Shown in pieces: positions 1-12,358 of a stretch of 64,000 nucleotides of DNA (its first letter is position 1; each line of letters starts with the position of its first letter). The DNA is from an uncultured delta proteobacterium (lineage in GTDB: Bacteria > Desulfobacterota > Binatia > UBA9968). The stretch covers positions 64,001-128,000 of the forward strand of contig CAVSHR010000007.1 in the NCBI GenBank assembly GCA_963727625.1. The letters run 5' to 3'. The notes below the pieces were generated by a model. It was given only the letters and a program-made list of their open reading frames with translations, had not been told where the DNA came from and did no database searches. A program made the position numbers and the translations under genes.

Positions 1-162
1 TTGCACCGGACAGACCTCAACATCCGCTGGCAAGCCGTCCGGCCATGCGCGAAAAATCGCGATACCGGCCCCCGCGTACGGGAAGCAGAATAGACGGATA
101 CGGGCCTGTGGGTTCGGCTTGCGGCGCGTAATCCAGGAGTCCAAGACGGACGCTACGGTCAT
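1..162 (-). CDS. Type II thioesterase (GrsT-like), 5' part, runs off the window
   Basis: Hand translation from ATG at 162: [54 protein letters not shown]. Has the RLFCFPYAG motif and an ATGA overlap with the MbtH stop. Confidence 0.9.
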   Translation of the reverse strand, partial: MTVASVLDSWITRRKPNPQARIRLFCFPYAGAGIAIFRAWPDGLPADVEVCPVQ

Positions 163-380
163 TTGTCTTCCTGCTTTTCCATTTTCTTCCTCAGGCTAAG
201 CGGCCTCATGTCGGTCCACACTTCTTTGATGTAGGCCAAGCATTCCGTCTCAGAGCCGCGCTTGCCTGTATCCTTCCAGCCAAGAGGATTCTCGCGGTCG
301 ACACGCCAGATCGAGTACTGCTCTTCGTGGTTCACGACGACATTGAAGATTGTCCGGTCTTCCTTATCGTCCGTATTCAT
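159..380 (-). CDS. mbtH: MbtH-like protein
   Basis: [12 protein letters not shown]...GW...[18 protein letters not shown] signature. Start placed at ATG 380 (GGAG RBS, overlaps the NRPS stop). Confidence 0.95.
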   Translation of the reverse strand: MNTDDKEDRTIFNVVVNHEEQYSIWRVDRENPLGWKDTGKRGSETECLAYIKEVWTDMRPLSLRKKMEKQEDK

Positions 381-3300
381 TGAGTCTCCTTCATCATCGG
401 GTCGGTGGATTGACTCTGAGTCAAGCACTCCTCGGCCGATAGCGCCTGGCTGATGCATGCGCTCAGTTTCTCAGCTAGAACTTCAACGTGAGGCTCGTAA
501 ACCAGATTGGCGTGATTGCCCGGAACGAGATGAACCTCCACCCCCGCGCTAGCCCACTCGCTCCAGCCCAACGTCGGGTCAGGAGACGTTCCCGCAAGCT
601 CTTCACTAGCCTTGAACAGAGCGATTCGACCCGGGTAGAGATGCAATGCGTAGTTCTGCGTAGCTCGCAGATCGCTCTTGAGGAGGTCGACAAAACGGCG
701 AGCCTCGGAGACGTCAATCTCCGCGGGCACCAAGCCGGCGCTCTTCGCCTGCTCCAGCATAAAGGCTAACTGTTCGTCTTTGGGAAGCTGAGCAAGGGAT
801 TCCATGGGGCCAAACGAAATACCGAAGTAACGTTCAACCAACAACACCGCTTCATAATCTTCCTCGGGAAACGTCTCATCGGCAGTGGGAATCCGCCCAT
901 CCAATAAGGCGAGCAACGCAACCCGCTCACCTTGCGCGTGAAGCTGCTGCGCCATTTCGAAGGCGACAACGCCTCCCATGGACCATCCTCCCAGAAGGTA
1001 CGGCCCCGCCGGCTGCACGGTCTGCATCGCTTCGATGTAATATGCGGCCATATCTTCAATCCGCGTGTGCGGCTCTTGTCCTTCTTCCAGTCCCCTAGCT
1101 TGCAGCCCATAGCAGGGTTGATCGGCGTCCAGATGCTGCGCCAAATAAATGTAAGGAAAAACATGTCCGCCAGCCGGATGCACCAGGAAGAGCGGCCGCT
1201 TGCTGCCATCAGGCTTAATGGCCACCAAAGATGACTGAGGTCCCGGCTTGGCCTGTTGGCGGAGAAGACTGGCGAGATGCTCAACCGTCGCTCCCTGAAA
1301 GACGGTCGTCAGGGGAAGTTTTCTACCCAGTCGTTTCTCGATTAAGGCGAACAGACGGACAGCCAGGAGAGAGTGCCCGCCCAGCTCAAAAAAATTGTCT
1401 CTCACCCCGACAGGGCGAATGCCTAGAACCTCCTCCCAGATCTGAGCGAGTTGGAGTTCCAGGTCATCTCGGGGAGCCACGAATTCCTTATCGAGTTCGG
1501 GCCGTGTTCGGTCGGGTGCCGGCAAGGCTCGGCGGTCTACCTTCCCGTTGGGCATCAACGGCAGGGCATCGAGCAGCACGAAGAGCGCCGGCACCATGTG
1601 CTCGGGCAGTTTCTCTTTGAGAAAACTGCGCAGGTCAGTGGTTGTGGGGACGGGGTCGCGGTCAGCGACTACGTAGGCCACCAACCGCTTCTCTCCGGGA
1701 GCGTCTTCCGGAGCTAGGACGACAGCCTCCCGCACGGCTGGGTGTTGGTCGAGCGCTGCTTCTATTTCTCCCAGTTCGATGCGGAACCCGCGGATCTTCA
1801 CCTGGTGGTCGACACGACCCAAAAACTCAATGTTCCCATCGGGCAGATAGCGGGCCAGGTCCCCGGTTTTATACAGGCGTGCTCCCGGCTCCTCGCTGAA
1901 GGGGTTGGGAACGAACTTCTCGGCTGTCAGCTCCGGTCGGTTGAGATAGCCTCGGGCCAGGCTAACCCCGCCGATGTGGAGCTCACCGGGAACTCCAACC
2001 GGGACAGGGTTGCCGTAGCTGTCTAGAATGTAGATCTCTCGGTTGGCGAGCGGACGGCCGATGGGAATCCTCTGAAAAGTCCTATTCTCGCAAAGTCGGG
2101 GACTCAATTCGAAGGCCGTTGCCGTTATCGTCGTCTCCGTAGGCCCGTAAGCATTGAGCAGACGAACTGAATGCAGCGGTGTTCGCTGCCAGAGGTTGAG
2201 ACCATCGGGCGACATCGTATCTCCGCCGACAATGAAGAGCCTGGGCTGAATGTTCGGAACCAGCTCCGGGACATCCGCCCACTGTCGAGCCAGTTCTTGC
2301 CAGTAAGCCGATGGCAGATTGAGCACCGTGAGTCCAAACTCCGAAATTTTTTGATGAAATTCTCCCGGATGCCACACATCTGTGCCCATCACAACCAGCT
2401 TGGCCCCAACGATCAGTGTCGGCAGGATTTCCTCCAATGAGACATCGAAACTCAATGAAGCAAACTGGAGTACCCCATCGCTGGCATCCAGTTCGTAGTA
2501 CCTTTGAGCACTACGGCAGTGATCCGCGATCGAGCCATGCGAAACCAAGACTCCCTTTGGCTGAGCCGTGGACCCGGAGGTGTAGATTACGTAAGCGAGG
2601 TTTTCGGGCGTGGTTGCGCTGATGGGGTTCTCCCCGCTTTCACTGGTAATGGCCTCCCAGTCTGAATCCAGACTGATGACTCTGGCCTCACATTCAGGCA
2701 ACCCCGCCGTCAACCGCTTTTGGGTCAACAGCACCGGCACCTGGGCATCTTTCAGCATCAGGGCCACGCGCTCTTTGGGATACGCCGGGTCCACTGGGAC
2801 GTAAGCTCCACCGGCTTTGAGAATTCCCAGAAGTCCAATGACCATTTCCAACGATCGCTCGATGCAAATGCCCACCAGCACTTCCGGGCCAACGTTCAGC
2901 GTACGCAGGTAATGGGCCAATTGATTGCTGCGGCGGTTAAGCTCCTCGTACGTCAACTGTTCATGTTCAAACCCTACCGCGATGGCGTCAGGCGTTCTCT
3001 GCGCCTGAGCCTCAAAGAGCTGATGAACACACAAATCCCGCGGATTATCGGTCTTGGTATCGTTCCACTCCACCAGTAGTTGCTGCCGCTCTGCATCGGT
3101 TAAGAGCGGCAGGCCCGAGAGGCGCTGTTCGGGATCGGTGACCATGGCCTCCAGTAAGATCTGAAAGTGGCCCAGCATCCGAACAATCGTGGCGGCCTCA
3201 AACAGATCGGTGTTGTATACGAATGATGCCGTCAGCCCTTGATCGGCGTCGACTACCACAAGGGTCAAATCAAAGTGAGCCGTCTCGCTGTCCGCTTCGA

Positions 3301-6300
3301 CAGGGCTCAGGGTCAATCCCGGCAACTCGACCGCACGCATTGAAGCATTTTGCAGCACGAACATCACCTGAAAGAGCGGATTGCGGCTCAGGTCCCGCTT
3401 GAGACGCAATTCCTCTACTAGCCGATCAAAGGGCAGGTCCTGATGGCCATACGCCCCCAGACATACCTCGCGCACTCGCCGCAAGAGATCGCGAAAACTG
3501 GGATTGCCTGAAAGGTCCGTACGCATGACCAGTGCGTTGACGAAGCAGCCGATCAATCCCTCGATCTCCAGCCGATTACGGTTGGCGATCGGCGTGCCAA
3601 CGATGAGGTCGTCTTGACTCGTGTAGCGATACAACAAAACCTTAAACGCCGCCAAAAATGTCATGAACTGGGTAACCCCTTCCTGGCGACCCAGCGCTTT
3701 CAATCCCTCGGTCAGGGTCCTGGGCAACATCACCGATTGGTGCGCACCCCGGAAAGTCTGAAGAACAGGCCTGGGGTGGTCGGTGGATAGCTCGAGAAGA
3801 GAGGGGGCGCCGGCCAGTTGCTGCTTCCAATAGGCAAGCTGGGTCTCCAGGACTTCCCCCTGCAACCATTGTCGCTGCCAGTGGGCAAAGTCCGCATATT
3901 GGATCGGCAACTCAGGCAGCGACAAGGACTGTCCGGAGGAATAGGCTACATAGAGCCTGGCCATCTCTCTGATCAGTATTCCCGTTGACCAACCGTCGGA
4001 AACAATATGGTGCATCGTCAGTAGCCCCACATATTCCTCGTCGCCCAGCCGCAACAGGGCGACCCGCACGAGCGGGCCCTGGGACAAATCGAAAGGCCGC
4101 TCCGCTGCGTCGGTGACCAACCGCCGGACCTCGATCTCGCGCTCGGCCTCCGCCAGCTTCCGCAGATCAACTACCGGCAACTTGATCATCAAGGCCGGCG
4201 CGATAACTTGAGTTGGTCGTCCATCCACCATCGCAAAGGTGGTGCGCAAGGATTCATGGCGCTTCACGATTTCGTTGAGACTTTGCTCCAGCGCCGGCAA
4301 GTTGAGCGGCCCCCTGAGGCGGATAGCGGCAGGAATATTGTAGGCGGAGTTTCCCGGCTCCAACTGATCAATGAACCACAGTCGCTGCTGGGCGAATGAT
4401 AGAGGCAGGTTTCCGTCTCGTGGAATTGGCAAAATAGGAGGCGCCAGGAGGTTCTGCCCGGCACTTTGGGCTACCGCAATACTCTCAGCCAGGCCGGCCA
4501 CGGTGGGTACCTCGAAAAGACGGCGCAGCGGCAATTCCACCTGGAAGGCTTCGCGGATTCGCGACACGACCTGGGTTGCTAAAAGAGAATGACCGCCAAG
4601 GTCGAAAAAATTGTCGTATATACCTACGCGTTCAATGTCGAGGACCTGAGCCCAGATCTCCGACAGTAGCTCTTCTGCAGGAGTGCGGGGAGGCACGAAT
4701 TCCTTATCGAGTTCGGGCCGTGTTCGGTCGGGTGCCGGCAAGGCTCGGCGGTCTACCTTCCCGTTGGGCATCAACGGCAGGGCATCGAGCAGCACGAAGA
4801 GCGCCGGTACCATGTGCTCGGGCAGTTTCTCTTTGAGAAAACTGCGCAAGTCAGTGGTTGTGGGGACGGGGTCGCGGTCAGCGACTACGTAGGCCACCAA
4901 CCGCTTCTCTCCGGGAGCGTCTTCCGGAGCTAGGACGACAGCCTCCCGCACGGCTGGGTGTTGGTCGAGCGCTGCTTCTATTTCTCCCAGTTCGATGCGG
5001 AACCCGCGGATCTTCACCTGGTGGTCGACACGACCGAGGAACTCAATGTTCCCATCGGGCAGATAGCGGGCCAGGTCTCCGGTTTTATACAGGCGTGCTC
5101 CCGGCTCCTCGCTGAAGGGGTTGGGAACGAACTTCTCGGCTGTCAGCTCCGGTCGGTTGAGATAGCCTCGGGCCAGGCTCGCCCCGCCGATGTGGAGGTT
5201 GCCGGGGACGCCGAGGGGAACCGGGCGAAGAGCCTCATCCAGAATATACATGCGCGCGTTGGGTATAGGTCGTCCGATGGGAATTGTCGAATGAGCACTG
5301 ACCCCTTCGCATAACCAATAGGTTGAATCGATGATCGCCTCAGTCGGCCCGTACACGTTATACAGCTTGGCCCCAGAGCGGTGCTGGAATCGCATGACGA
5401 CTTGAGGCGGCAAGACTTCGCCGCCGCACATGACAGCACGCAAGGCAACGGCGCCGTCGAGCGCGGGTTCCTCCATGAGGAGCCGCAGCAGGGATGGAAC
5501 GCAGTGAAAAATAGAGATCCGTTGGTTACGGATGATCTCCGCTATGTAACGGCTATCACGGTGACCCTGAGCCTCGGCGATGATCAGACTTCCTCCTGCG
5601 ATCAGGGTTGGGAAGAATTCACGCCCCGCAGCATCAAAGGTGATGGGAGTCTTCAGAAGACAGCGATCCTTAGCCGACAGCTCGAGTCTGTCGGTTAGCC
5701 AGTCGAGGGTATTGCTTAGCCCGCAATGTTCAATCATGACCCCCTTCGGCTGTCCCGTTGAACCCGAGGTGTAAATCACATAGGCAGCGTTCCTGGCTGA
5801 TGTGCACCTGACCGCATTCTCCTCACTCTCCTGAGCGATGGCCTCCCACTCTGTGTCCAGGCAGACTACCTGAATTCGAGAATTGAAAATCGAGGATCGG
5901 GGGTCGCCATCTTCTATCCCTTCAGCGGAGTTTATCCTGAGCATGGCCGAAGGGCTCAGGACAGGCTTCGATCCTCGATCTTCGACTAGCCCCGCCAATA
6001 CTCGCTGCTGGGTCAAAAGCACTGGCGCCTGCGTGTCCTCCAACATGGAGGCCACGCGCTCTTTGGGATACGTCGGGTCCACTGGGACGTAAGCTCCACC
6101 GGCTTTGAGAATTCCCAGAAGCCCAATGACCATTTCCAACGATCGCTCGATACAAATGCCCACCAGCACTTCCGGGCCAACGTTCAGCGTACGCAGGTAA
6201 TGGGCCAATTGATTGGCACGGGCGTTGAGCTGAGCGTAGGTCAGCTGGCGGCCCTCGAACACAACGGCAACGTTGTCCGGCGTGCGCTCGACTTGTTCCT

Positions 6301-7726
6301 CAAACAATTGCTGGATGCACTTGTCTTCGGGAAACTCGGTCTTGGTATCGTTGAACTCGACCAACAGTTGCCGGCGCTCAGCACCGCTCACAATCTCCAG
6401 CTCACCGATCGAGGCTTCGGGATCGCGGACGACACTTTCCAGCAACGTCTGGCACTGTCCCGCTAGGCGCTGGATATCTTCGACGCGGAACAAGTTAGCA
6501 TCGTAGTGCAGCTCCAGGGTCGGAAGATCTTCGCTTTGCACACAGGAGAGCTTCAACTTGAACCGGTCAGCGCAAGCAAGTCGCCGGTGAATCGATAGCT
6601 TGACGGCTGGGGTGGTACAACCGGCGGGCTGTTCCTCAAATTCGAAACTAGCGGGGAAAAAAAGCGGCGCCTTGATATTCCCATTGGATCCGACGATTTG
6701 TTCCCAACTAAAATACTCCTGCCATTCGAGAACATCCCGTGCCGATTGATTAACCTGCGCCAAGAGTTCACTGAACTGAAGTTTTTTTTTCAGATGACAG
6801 TGAAGCGGCAAATATTTTGCCAGCGGCCCGATTGTCTCCGATAGCCCCTCATAGGTCCGACCATCGCAGGCCATCCCGACGATAATGTCTGACGAGCCGG
6901 TGAGACGCCAAAGCAGGGTCTGCCAGCAAGCCAGGAAGAACGCGGATGCCGATGCATCATACTTCCGTGTGAGTGTTCTGATCTCTGCTGCCGTATCAGG
7001 AGTAATCGTCGAGGTTAAAAAATGCGGGTCAAAGTGCGCAAGGTGTGTGGGTCCGGACGATGGACGTTCAAAGGGAAGCTGCAAGGTAAGAAGATTAGAG
7101 ATATTCTGCTTGCGCCAGTATTCTCTGCACGCTCTCGTGTCCGCTGACTCAAGCAACTCATTTTGCCATTCTGCGAGATCGGCGTATTGCATCGGTTCGT
7201 CGGAGGATCCCTCGCAACGTGCGCCGGCGGAATAGGCACGGCTGAGTTCACGCACCAGAGTCCCAAGCGATGCCGCGTCCGCGCATAGGGAGGATAGCGT
7301 GACAAGCAACATGGTCTTGTCTGGCGACAGAGTGACGATGGATAGACGCGATAGCGGCCCCTTCTCAAAGTCGAAGGGCAACCGGCCCGCCTCCTGAAAA
7401 AGCACTTCGATTCGCGCCTCTTGTTCGGGAGCGCCCCAACCGGTCAGATCGTGGCAATCGATCGATGGTAGGCTGCCGTCAGTTATAACCTGAACGGGAA
7501 TGGACATCCCCGGCAGGCAAATAAAGGTGGTGCGGAGGATCTCGTGTCGAGCGAAAACGCTGCGCAAGGCCGCTGCTAAAATCTTTGTGTCGAGATTTCC
7601 CTCGATCAGGACGGCGCACTGGCTACAATAAGGCCGGCCGGGGTCCTCTTGCTGCAACGACCACAGATGCTTTTGCTGAGGTGAAAGGCGGAAACCTTCA
7701 ATAACTTCCTGTTGTGATCCGGTCAT
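377..7726 (-). CDS. NRPS, C*(interface-like)-A-T-C-A-T-TE, 2449 aa
   Basis: Two [23 protein letters not shown] domains, two [10 protein letters not shown] carriers, HHIVSDGWS in the second C domain, GWSMG thioesterase. The first C domain has SSLCADAAS instead of HHxxxDG. Confidence 0.95.
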   Translation of the reverse strand: MTGSQQEVIEGFRLSPQQKHLWSLQQEDPGRPYCSQCAVLIEGNLDTKILAAALRSVFARHEILRTTFICLPGMSIPVQVITDGSLPSIDCHDLTGWGAPEQEARIEVLFQEAGRLPFDFEKGPLSRLSIVTLSPDKTMLLVTLSSLCADAASLGTLVRELSRAYSAGARCEGSSDEPMQYADLAEWQNELLESADTRACREYWRKQNISNLLTLQLPFERPSSGPTHLAHFDPHFLTSTITPDTAAEIRTLTRKYDASASAFFLACWQTLLWRLTGSSDIIVGMACDGRTYEGLSETIGPLAKYLPLHCHLKKKLQFSELLAQVNQSARDVLEWQEYFSWEQIVGSNGNIKAPLFFPASFEFEEQPAGCTTPAVKLSIHRRLACADRFKLKLSCVQSEDLPTLELHYDANLFRVEDIQRLAGQCQTLLESVVRDPEASIGELEIVSGAERRQLLVEFNDTKTEFPEDKCIQQLFEEQVERTPDNVAVVFEGRQLTYAQLNARANQLAHYLRTLNVGPEVLVGICIERSLEMVIGLLGILKAGGAYVPVDPTYPKERVASMLEDTQAPVLLTQQRVLAGLVEDRGSKPVLSPSAMLRINSAEGIEDGDPRSSIFNSRIQVVCLDTEWEAIAQESEENAVRCTSARNAAYVIYTSGSTGQPKGVMIEHCGLSNTLDWLTDRLELSAKDRCLLKTPITFDAAGREFFPTLIAGGSLIIAEAQGHRDSRYIAEIIRNQRISIFHCVPSLLRLLMEEPALDGAVALRAVMCGGEVLPPQVVMRFQHRSGAKLYNVYGPTEAIIDSTYWLCEGVSAHSTIPIGRPIPNARMYILDEALRPVPLGVPGNLHIGGASLARGYLNRPELTAEKFVPNPFSEEPGARLYKTGDLARYLPDGNIEFLGRVDHQVKIRGFRIELGEIEAALDQHPAVREAVVLAPEDAPGEKRLVAYVVADRDPVPTTTDLRSFLKEKLPEHMVPALFVLLDALPLMPNGKVDRRALPAPDRTRPELDKEFVPPRTPAEELLSEIWAQVLDIERVGIYDNFFDLGGHSLLATQVVSRIREAFQVELPLRRLFEVPTVAGLAESIAVAQSAGQNLLAPPILPIPRDGNLPLSFAQQRLWFIDQLEPGNSAYNIPAAIRLRGPLNLPALEQSLNEIVKRHESLRTTFAMVDGRPTQVIAPALMIKLPVVDLRKLAEAEREIEVRRLVTDAAERPFDLSQGPLVRVALLRLGDEEYVGLLTMHHIVSDGWSTGILIREMARLYVAYSSGQSLSLPELPIQYADFAHWQRQWLQGEVLETQLAYWKQQLAGAPSLLELSTDHPRPVLQTFRGAHQSVMLPRTLTEGLKALGRQEGVTQFMTFLAAFKVLLYRYTSQDDLIVGTPIANRNRLEIEGLIGCFVNALVMRTDLSGNPSFRDLLRRVREVCLGAYGHQDLPFDRLVEELRLKRDLSRNPLFQVMFVLQNASMRAVELPGLTLSPVEADSETAHFDLTLVVVDADQGLTASFVYNTDLFEAATIVRMLGHFQILLEAMVTDPEQRLSGLPLLTDAERQQLLVEWNDTKTDNPRDLCVHQLFEAQAQRTPDAIAVGFEHEQLTYEELNRRSNQLAHYLRTLNVGPEVLVGICIERSLEMVIGLLGILKAGGAYVPVDPAYPKERVALMLKDAQVPVLLTQKRLTAGLPECEARVISLDSDWEAITSESGENPISATTPENLAYVIYTSGSTAQPKGVLVSHGSIADHCRSAQRYYELDASDGVLQFASLSFDVSLEEILPTLIVGAKLVVMGTDVWHPGEFHQKISEFGLTVLNLPSAYWQELARQWADVPELVPNIQPRLFIVGGDTMSPDGLNLWQRTPLHSVRLLNAYGPTETTITATAFELSPRLCENRTFQRIPIGRPLANREIYILDSYGNPVPVGVPGELHIGGVSLARGYLNRPELTAEKFVPNPFSEEPGARLYKTGDLARYLPDGNIEFLGRVDHQVKIRGFRIELGEIEAALDQHPAVREAVVLAPEDAPGEKRLVAYVVADRDPVPTTTDLRSFLKEKLPEHMVPALFVLLDALPLMPNGKVDRRALPAPDRTRPELDKEFVAPRDDLELQLAQIWEEVLGIRPVGVRDNFFELGGHSLLAVRLFALIEKRLGRKLPLTTVFQGATVEHLASLLRQQAKPGPQSSLVAIKPDGSKRPLFLVHPAGGHVFPYIYLAQHLDADQPCYGLQARGLEEGQEPHTRIEDMAAYYIEAMQTVQPAGPYLLGGWSMGGVVAFEMAQQLHAQGERVALLALLDGRIPTADETFPEEDYEAVLLVERYFGISFGPMESLAQLPKDEQLAFMLEQAKSAGLVPAEIDVSEARRFVDLLKSDLRATQNYALHLYPGRIALFKASEELAGTSPDPTLGWSEWASAGVEVHLVPGNHANLVYEPHVEVLAEKLSACISQALSAEECLTQSQSTDPMMKETQ
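1478..1981. repeat. ~500 bp near-identical direct repeat, copy in module 2 (partner 4694-5197)
   Basis: Sequence from cacgaattccttatcgagttcggg onward recurs at offset 3216 with few mismatches. Confidence 0.9.
4694..5197. repeat. ~500 bp near-identical direct repeat, copy in module 1
   Basis: Matches 1478-1981. A second shared block of ~165 bp lies at 2762-2927 / 6050-6215. Confidence 0.9.
5885..5985. repeat. Nested palindromic (REP/MITE-like) element inserted in frame in the first A domain
   Basis: Outer inverted arms gaaaatcgaggatcg / cgatcctcgatcttc enclose cccttcagcggagtttatcctgagcatggccgaagggctcaggacaggc. It adds ~33 aa absent from module 2. Confidence 0.75.
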
Positions 7727-7951
7727 AGCCTGCCATTACACCGTCGTTGGAGCTGTGGGATTTTAATGTACATTACAGCGTGGTCCTTTGGAAATTCTCG
7801 GCACGATCGGCTTCTCATATACCGGCCGTCGGTCTATCAACGGAAAACTAGCCCGATCTTCCTCTTTTTTGTTCCAGTTCGAAAATGGCGCGGCTTATTC
7901 CAGCTAATCAACAGCGTGCCGGTTAGATTCCGAAGCCAGAACTGGGACCGA

Positions 7952-8734
7952 CTACTCGTCTTCCCGAAGTAATTCATCAATGTAATGACTGATGCGATCC
8001 TTGTTGGAAGAGAGACTGGAAAACTGTTTCTCGCACACATCGCTGAATCGAGCCAAGACTTTGCGGTTGACTTCTTCCTGATCTTCAAAAATCGCAATGG
8101 ACTGGAACCGAAGCCCCCAACGCTCATATTGCAGCAGGCCGATAGTGGCGTCTCGAACTTTATCGTCGCCCGGAAGGGCTTGTACAAAGACCGGACGCTG
8201 CCTGCCATTGATATGGCAATCTACAATGTATTTTCCCTCAGGATCGTGCTCAGCATCGTGCCAGTCAAACGCGCGACGGGATTCCGGCACGTGACTTTCC
8301 ATAAAAGCCCGGAAGTCCTCCATGAAAGTGGACCTCACTCGTTCACGCGAAAGATAAGTGACGTCCGTGATTTTAAGTAAAGCCTGCACGAAGCTGTAGA
8401 GCGCGTCCCCATAGCGGTCATCTTTGATATCCACCGCCAGTTCGCCGCCTTGGTCGCTGACTGCAAACATCGACAAGGCGTTGGTAATAATTTTCTGCCT
8501 CGTCCCTCGTTGGAGATCCTTCTCGTCCATTTTATAGGTCAAGTGCATATAGGTGTGCCCCTCGTCCGAAAGCACCCAATGAGAGTTCTGACGCTTGAGC
8601 ACGATAACGAGATGATCCCCATCGTCAAACACAAACGGGGTAAAGACCTGGTAACGATCCATACCCTCAGACATCAAGTGTATGCGATCCGAAACCTTCG
8701 CTTTGAAATCTCGCTCGATAGTTTCAACTGACAT
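7952..8734 (-). CDS. DUF1828/DUF1829-like protein
   Basis: [17 protein letters not shown]...[10 protein letters not shown]-terminus recalled as DUF1828. The C-terminal VDCHIN...FVQAL resembles a restriction-endonuclease-like core. Confidence 0.65.
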   Translation of the reverse strand: MSVETIERDFKAKVSDRIHLMSEGMDRYQVFTPFVFDDGDHLVIVLKRQNSHWVLSDEGHTYMHLTYKMDEKDLQRGTRQKIITNALSMFAVSDQGGELAVDIKDDRYGDALYSFVQALLKITDVTYLSRERVRSTFMEDFRAFMESHVPESRRAFDWHDAEHDPEGKYIVDCHINGRQRPVFVQALPGDDKVRDATIGLLQYERWGLRFQSIAIFEDQEEVNRKVLARFSDVCEKQFSSLSSNKDRISHYIDELLREDE

Positions 8735-8748
8735 AGCAAGCCTCCAAA

Positions 8749-9222
8749 TCAGAGGAGAGACCCCTGAGTTCCCGGAGGTAGTTCAAACGCACAATCCTGC
8801 AACAAACACTGAATTGCCCCGCTCAAATCCGCATATCGATTGGTCGTTTCGGCATAGTGCTCTTCGGCGTAGCCTGCTTCCTGATAACGTTCGGTAGCCG
8901 TGTGGATGTGAAAATCGTAGAACGTGATCCCCTCGATACGGTTCGTGTGCTCATGACTACGTCCATTATAACGCCTTAGCCGAAATAACACACTGGAGTT
9001 TGGGATCGAATATCCAAGAATGACCGAAAAGTCGAGCGGATTAAAAACGCTTTGTCGCACAATAATTTGAAACTCCGAACCACTGGTTCCCGTAATGTCC
9101 AGCTCCCGTTCCTTATGGCCGCTCTTGGCCCGTAATTGAAGTCGCGATTGATAGTCGGAGGGCAGAGCTTTGGACTCTGAGAGCAGGCTAATAATCTTTG
9201 CGTCAGTCAACTGAATTGCCAT
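8749..9222 (-). CDS. Hypothetical protein with RRYNG..HEHTN..HIH motif (DUF6978-like)
   Basis: 157 aa ORF 14 nt upstream of the DUF1828-like gene. His-rich motif; family name from recall. Confidence 0.6.
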   Translation of the reverse strand: MAIQLTDAKIISLLSESKALPSDYQSRLQLRAKSGHKERELDITGTSGSEFQIIVRQSVFNPLDFSVILGYSIPNSSVLFRLRRYNGRSHEHTNRIEGITFYDFHIHTATERYQEAGYAEEHYAETTNRYADLSGAIQCLLQDCAFELPPGTQGSLL

Positions 9223-9237
9223 CAGAGTTTTCGATAT

Positions 9238-9342
9238 CTATTCTTCAAGCACGCGTCCTGTCCACCTTTCGCGTAAAAATCCAAGATCGATAAAATCGTT
9301 ATGCCAGGCCCCGCTTGCCGCTGGGATATCATCCAGGTTCAT
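9238..9342 (-). pseudogene. Possible stub of a PIN/VapC toxin
   Basis: ATGA-coupled to the antitoxin stop. Reads MNLDDIPA, then unrelated sequence (34 aa), with no PIN DxN motif left. Confidence 0.4.
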
Positions 9343-9581
9343 AAATTCCAAGCATCCTCTTCCTGGACCCGGCGGAACTGTTCGGGAAGTAGCTTCATCG
9401 GACGCTCGCAGAACACGTGGTACGCGATGTCACGTTCTTTGGAACTCGCGGCGCCCGGACTCAAATACTGCACCAGCGCATCTTGAATCAGATCGCTGAG
9501 GGGCCGTCCCTCTTCGGCGGCCTTGCGCTTGGCAAGGCGCACAATGCCTTCGTCAATTAACGTTGCGATTTTCTGTTTCAT
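9339..9581 (-). CDS. Ribbon-helix-helix (VapB/CopG-like) antitoxin
   Basis: MKQKIATLIDEGIVRLAKRKAAEEGRPLSDLIQDALVQYL is a typical RHH pattern. Confidence 0.7.
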   Translation of the reverse strand: MKQKIATLIDEGIVRLAKRKAAEEGRPLSDLIQDALVQYLSPGAASSKERDIAYHVFCERPMKLLPEQFRRVQEEDAWNL

Positions 9582-9664
9582 AGGAATTACTCCTTTGGCC
9601 CGAGCATTAATCGTGGTGCTAACATTTTGTGAATTCTGGTGTCGCTTGGATTGTTCAGCGTGCG

Positions 9665-12349
9665 CTAGCCAAACCGCCCCACCAACCCCGCCAGCGTCAT
9701 GTTTTCCGCGATCGCATCATGCGGAATGAGTGCGTACTTCCACGGCTTGCCGCCGTACGTCGCCGCGTGGGCGCTTGCCTGCTGACACCATTTAACCGCT
9801 GCTTCTTTCTTCGCGAGGACGTCGGCATCCTCCATCTGATTCTTCGCCTTAGGCTCCAGCATGAAGATCGAGTCTTTCGTCTCGGCTACGAAATCGGGCT
9901 GATACTCCAGGTGATCGGCGCCGGACTTATAAAAGATTTGAAACTGTCCCTTTGCCGGCTTGAACCATTTCTCCGCTTCGCGATCTAGGATCACAGCGAG
10001 GAGTCGCTCGGCTTCGGAGTGAAATTTTTCGACAGGATAGAGCCCTCGTTTAAAACCGCCGAAGAGATATTTCGCCATATTGGACTTGTCCGCTGGCGAT
10101 ATTCGAAAATCGCTCCTCGGCTCCGACTGCGCATAGGCGCTCTGTTTCAGCTCCGTAAAGCCTTTGCTGATCGACGACCTCGTAGTCCACAGCCGACTCC
10201 CAATAGTGCTTTTGCATCTGGACGTGAATGAAACGGGCGATTTCGCGCTGGTGCAGCCGCAGGACCTTCCGTGTGTCGTCGTCCGAAAGATAGCTTTTGA
10301 AATGCCTCACGGTCTGCGGCTGCGAGATCGTAGAGCAGATCGGCATGGCTGTCATAGGCTACATCGTCGAAGTCCACCAGCCCGCTGACGATATAGTCCT
10401 CCAAACGGGCCTCGTCGATCGCGCCTTCCCCAGGCCGACGACTTCCGTTGCCGCCGGTCCTGAGATAATGCACCCAAAGCTCCTCCGAAGGCGGCTGAAG
10501 ATTCAGACGCTGCCAGATCGAGGGTGAACTGCTTAAACCCCGAACGAACCTCGCCTTTGGGAACTACCAGGATGCGCGGGATGTCGATGGTCTGTCTGAA
10601 TCACCAGTCGCTCGTCTTTGCGACCACAGCGGCGATGTCCGGCGGCTTGCGTCACGCCTCCAGTTCCAATTGTGACGGACGATACTGTGCTGGCGACTTC
10701 GCGAACCAGCTCGGCCTGGATTTCGGGGCCTCGTCAGATACGACACGCTCGGCAGCTTCTTGTGGCTGATTTTCCAGGGTTCGGATCACTTCGCGCGTAA
10801 CTTGAGCCACGCGTTCTTCCTCCGGCGTCGCAAAAACCTTGGGCTCGTCTGCGCCCGCGATTTCCGTCGTCGCTGGAAGCTGCCCGCCGGCTTAATGCCA
10901 AGCATACTATCGAGGCGTGATTGCGACACCACCGTCTTACTTTTCTGCTCAAGCTCGCCACCATCGAGCACCACCGCTTGCAGCCGAATCGGCGAATCCG
11001 ACCGATTCGCTTCATTAATAATCTCCTGGAACTTATCGTGAGCCACGATATTGAGCCGGTCCACTGCCGGAACGCCCGTGCGCTTGCCGTAAGGCAGGCG
11101 CAATCCGCGTCCGATGGATTGCTCGATGAGTATCCGGGCGTTGGCGGCACGCAGCGGAATGATCGTGTAGAGGTTGGTCACGTCCCATCCTTCTTTGAGC
11201 ATATTCACGTGGATGACGATCTCGGTCGGCTCCTCTGTGTGTTCCACCTTTAGTAGGCGCTCGACCATCTCGTCTTCTTCCGCGCCCGTCTTGCTCGAAT
11301 CCACCTGAATCACCTTGTCTTTGTAGCGGCCCTCGAAGAAATCATCGCGCTGGATCAACTGCATCAAGTGGCTGGCATGGGTCGTATCCCGCGCGATTAC
11401 TAACACAAACGGTTTCACGATCGGCTCGTCGCTTTCCCGTGCGTACGTTTCAAGCAACACCTTCGTCTGCTCGTGCAGACGCACGCCGTCTTCGAGCTTT
11501 AGGCGCTCGATTTCCTCAGACGACATTCCCGCTGGGTTAAAGTCCTTGCGCGTGACGACGGCGGGCTCTTTAACGAAGCCATCGGCCATCGCTCTCCCGA
11601 GCGGATAGTCATACACAACATTCTTGAATGCCACTGGGCCTTTGCTCGTTTCCACGAACGGTGTCGCAGTCAGTTCCAAGCCCATCAATGGCTTCAGCTC
11701 GTTGATTGCCCGTACCCCCGCGGACGCCCGATAGCGGTGCGATTCGTCCATCAATAGGACGAGATCCGGCAGCCCTGCCAAATAGTCGAAGTAACTTTCA
11801 CCGATGTACTCCGACAACCGTTTGATGCGCGGCGATTTACCGCCACGTACTTCCGAGTTGATCTTCGAAATGTTGAAAATGTTCACCTTGCACCGGATCA
11901 ACTCGTCGAAAAGCGTCCGCGCTCGCGACTCATAGTTGTCACCGGTGATAATTTCCGGTGCGTCCGTAGCGAACTCCGCGATGCCTTTAAAGACATACTT
12001 CGCCGTGCCGGGCGTAAAGTCAGCTATCAGTTTGTTATAGATCGTCAGGTTCGGTGCCAATACAAAGAAATTGTTGATGCCGTGGGCCAGGTGCAGATAG
12101 CTGATGAAAGCGCCCATGAGCCGCGTCTTGCCGACGCCGGTGGCGAGCGCGAAGCACAGCGACGGAAATTCGCGCTCAAAGTCCGTCACCGTTGGGAACT
12201 CGCTGCGAATCGCGTCCAACGCAGCTGCAACGTCCGCGCCCTTCTTGGGTGGCACGATCTCCGTGATCGCGGTCGAGAATCTCCAGCGAGTGGCGCTGGG
12301 GTGGCCGCAGGCTGAGCCGACCGGCGATGGCGTTAACGTGGTGGTTCAT
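9665..12349 (-). pseudogene. res: Type III restriction endonuclease Res subunit, multiple frameshifts (error or decay)
   Basis: Start MNHHVNAIAGRLSLRPPQ at 12349. Motifs ALATGVGKT, DESH, TATP, LKEGWD, QSIGRGLR and C-terminal YQPDF..LEPK nuclease. Frame breaks near 12265 and several between ~10850 and ~10100. Confidence 0.88.
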
Positions 12350-12358
12350 AAGATGTGT

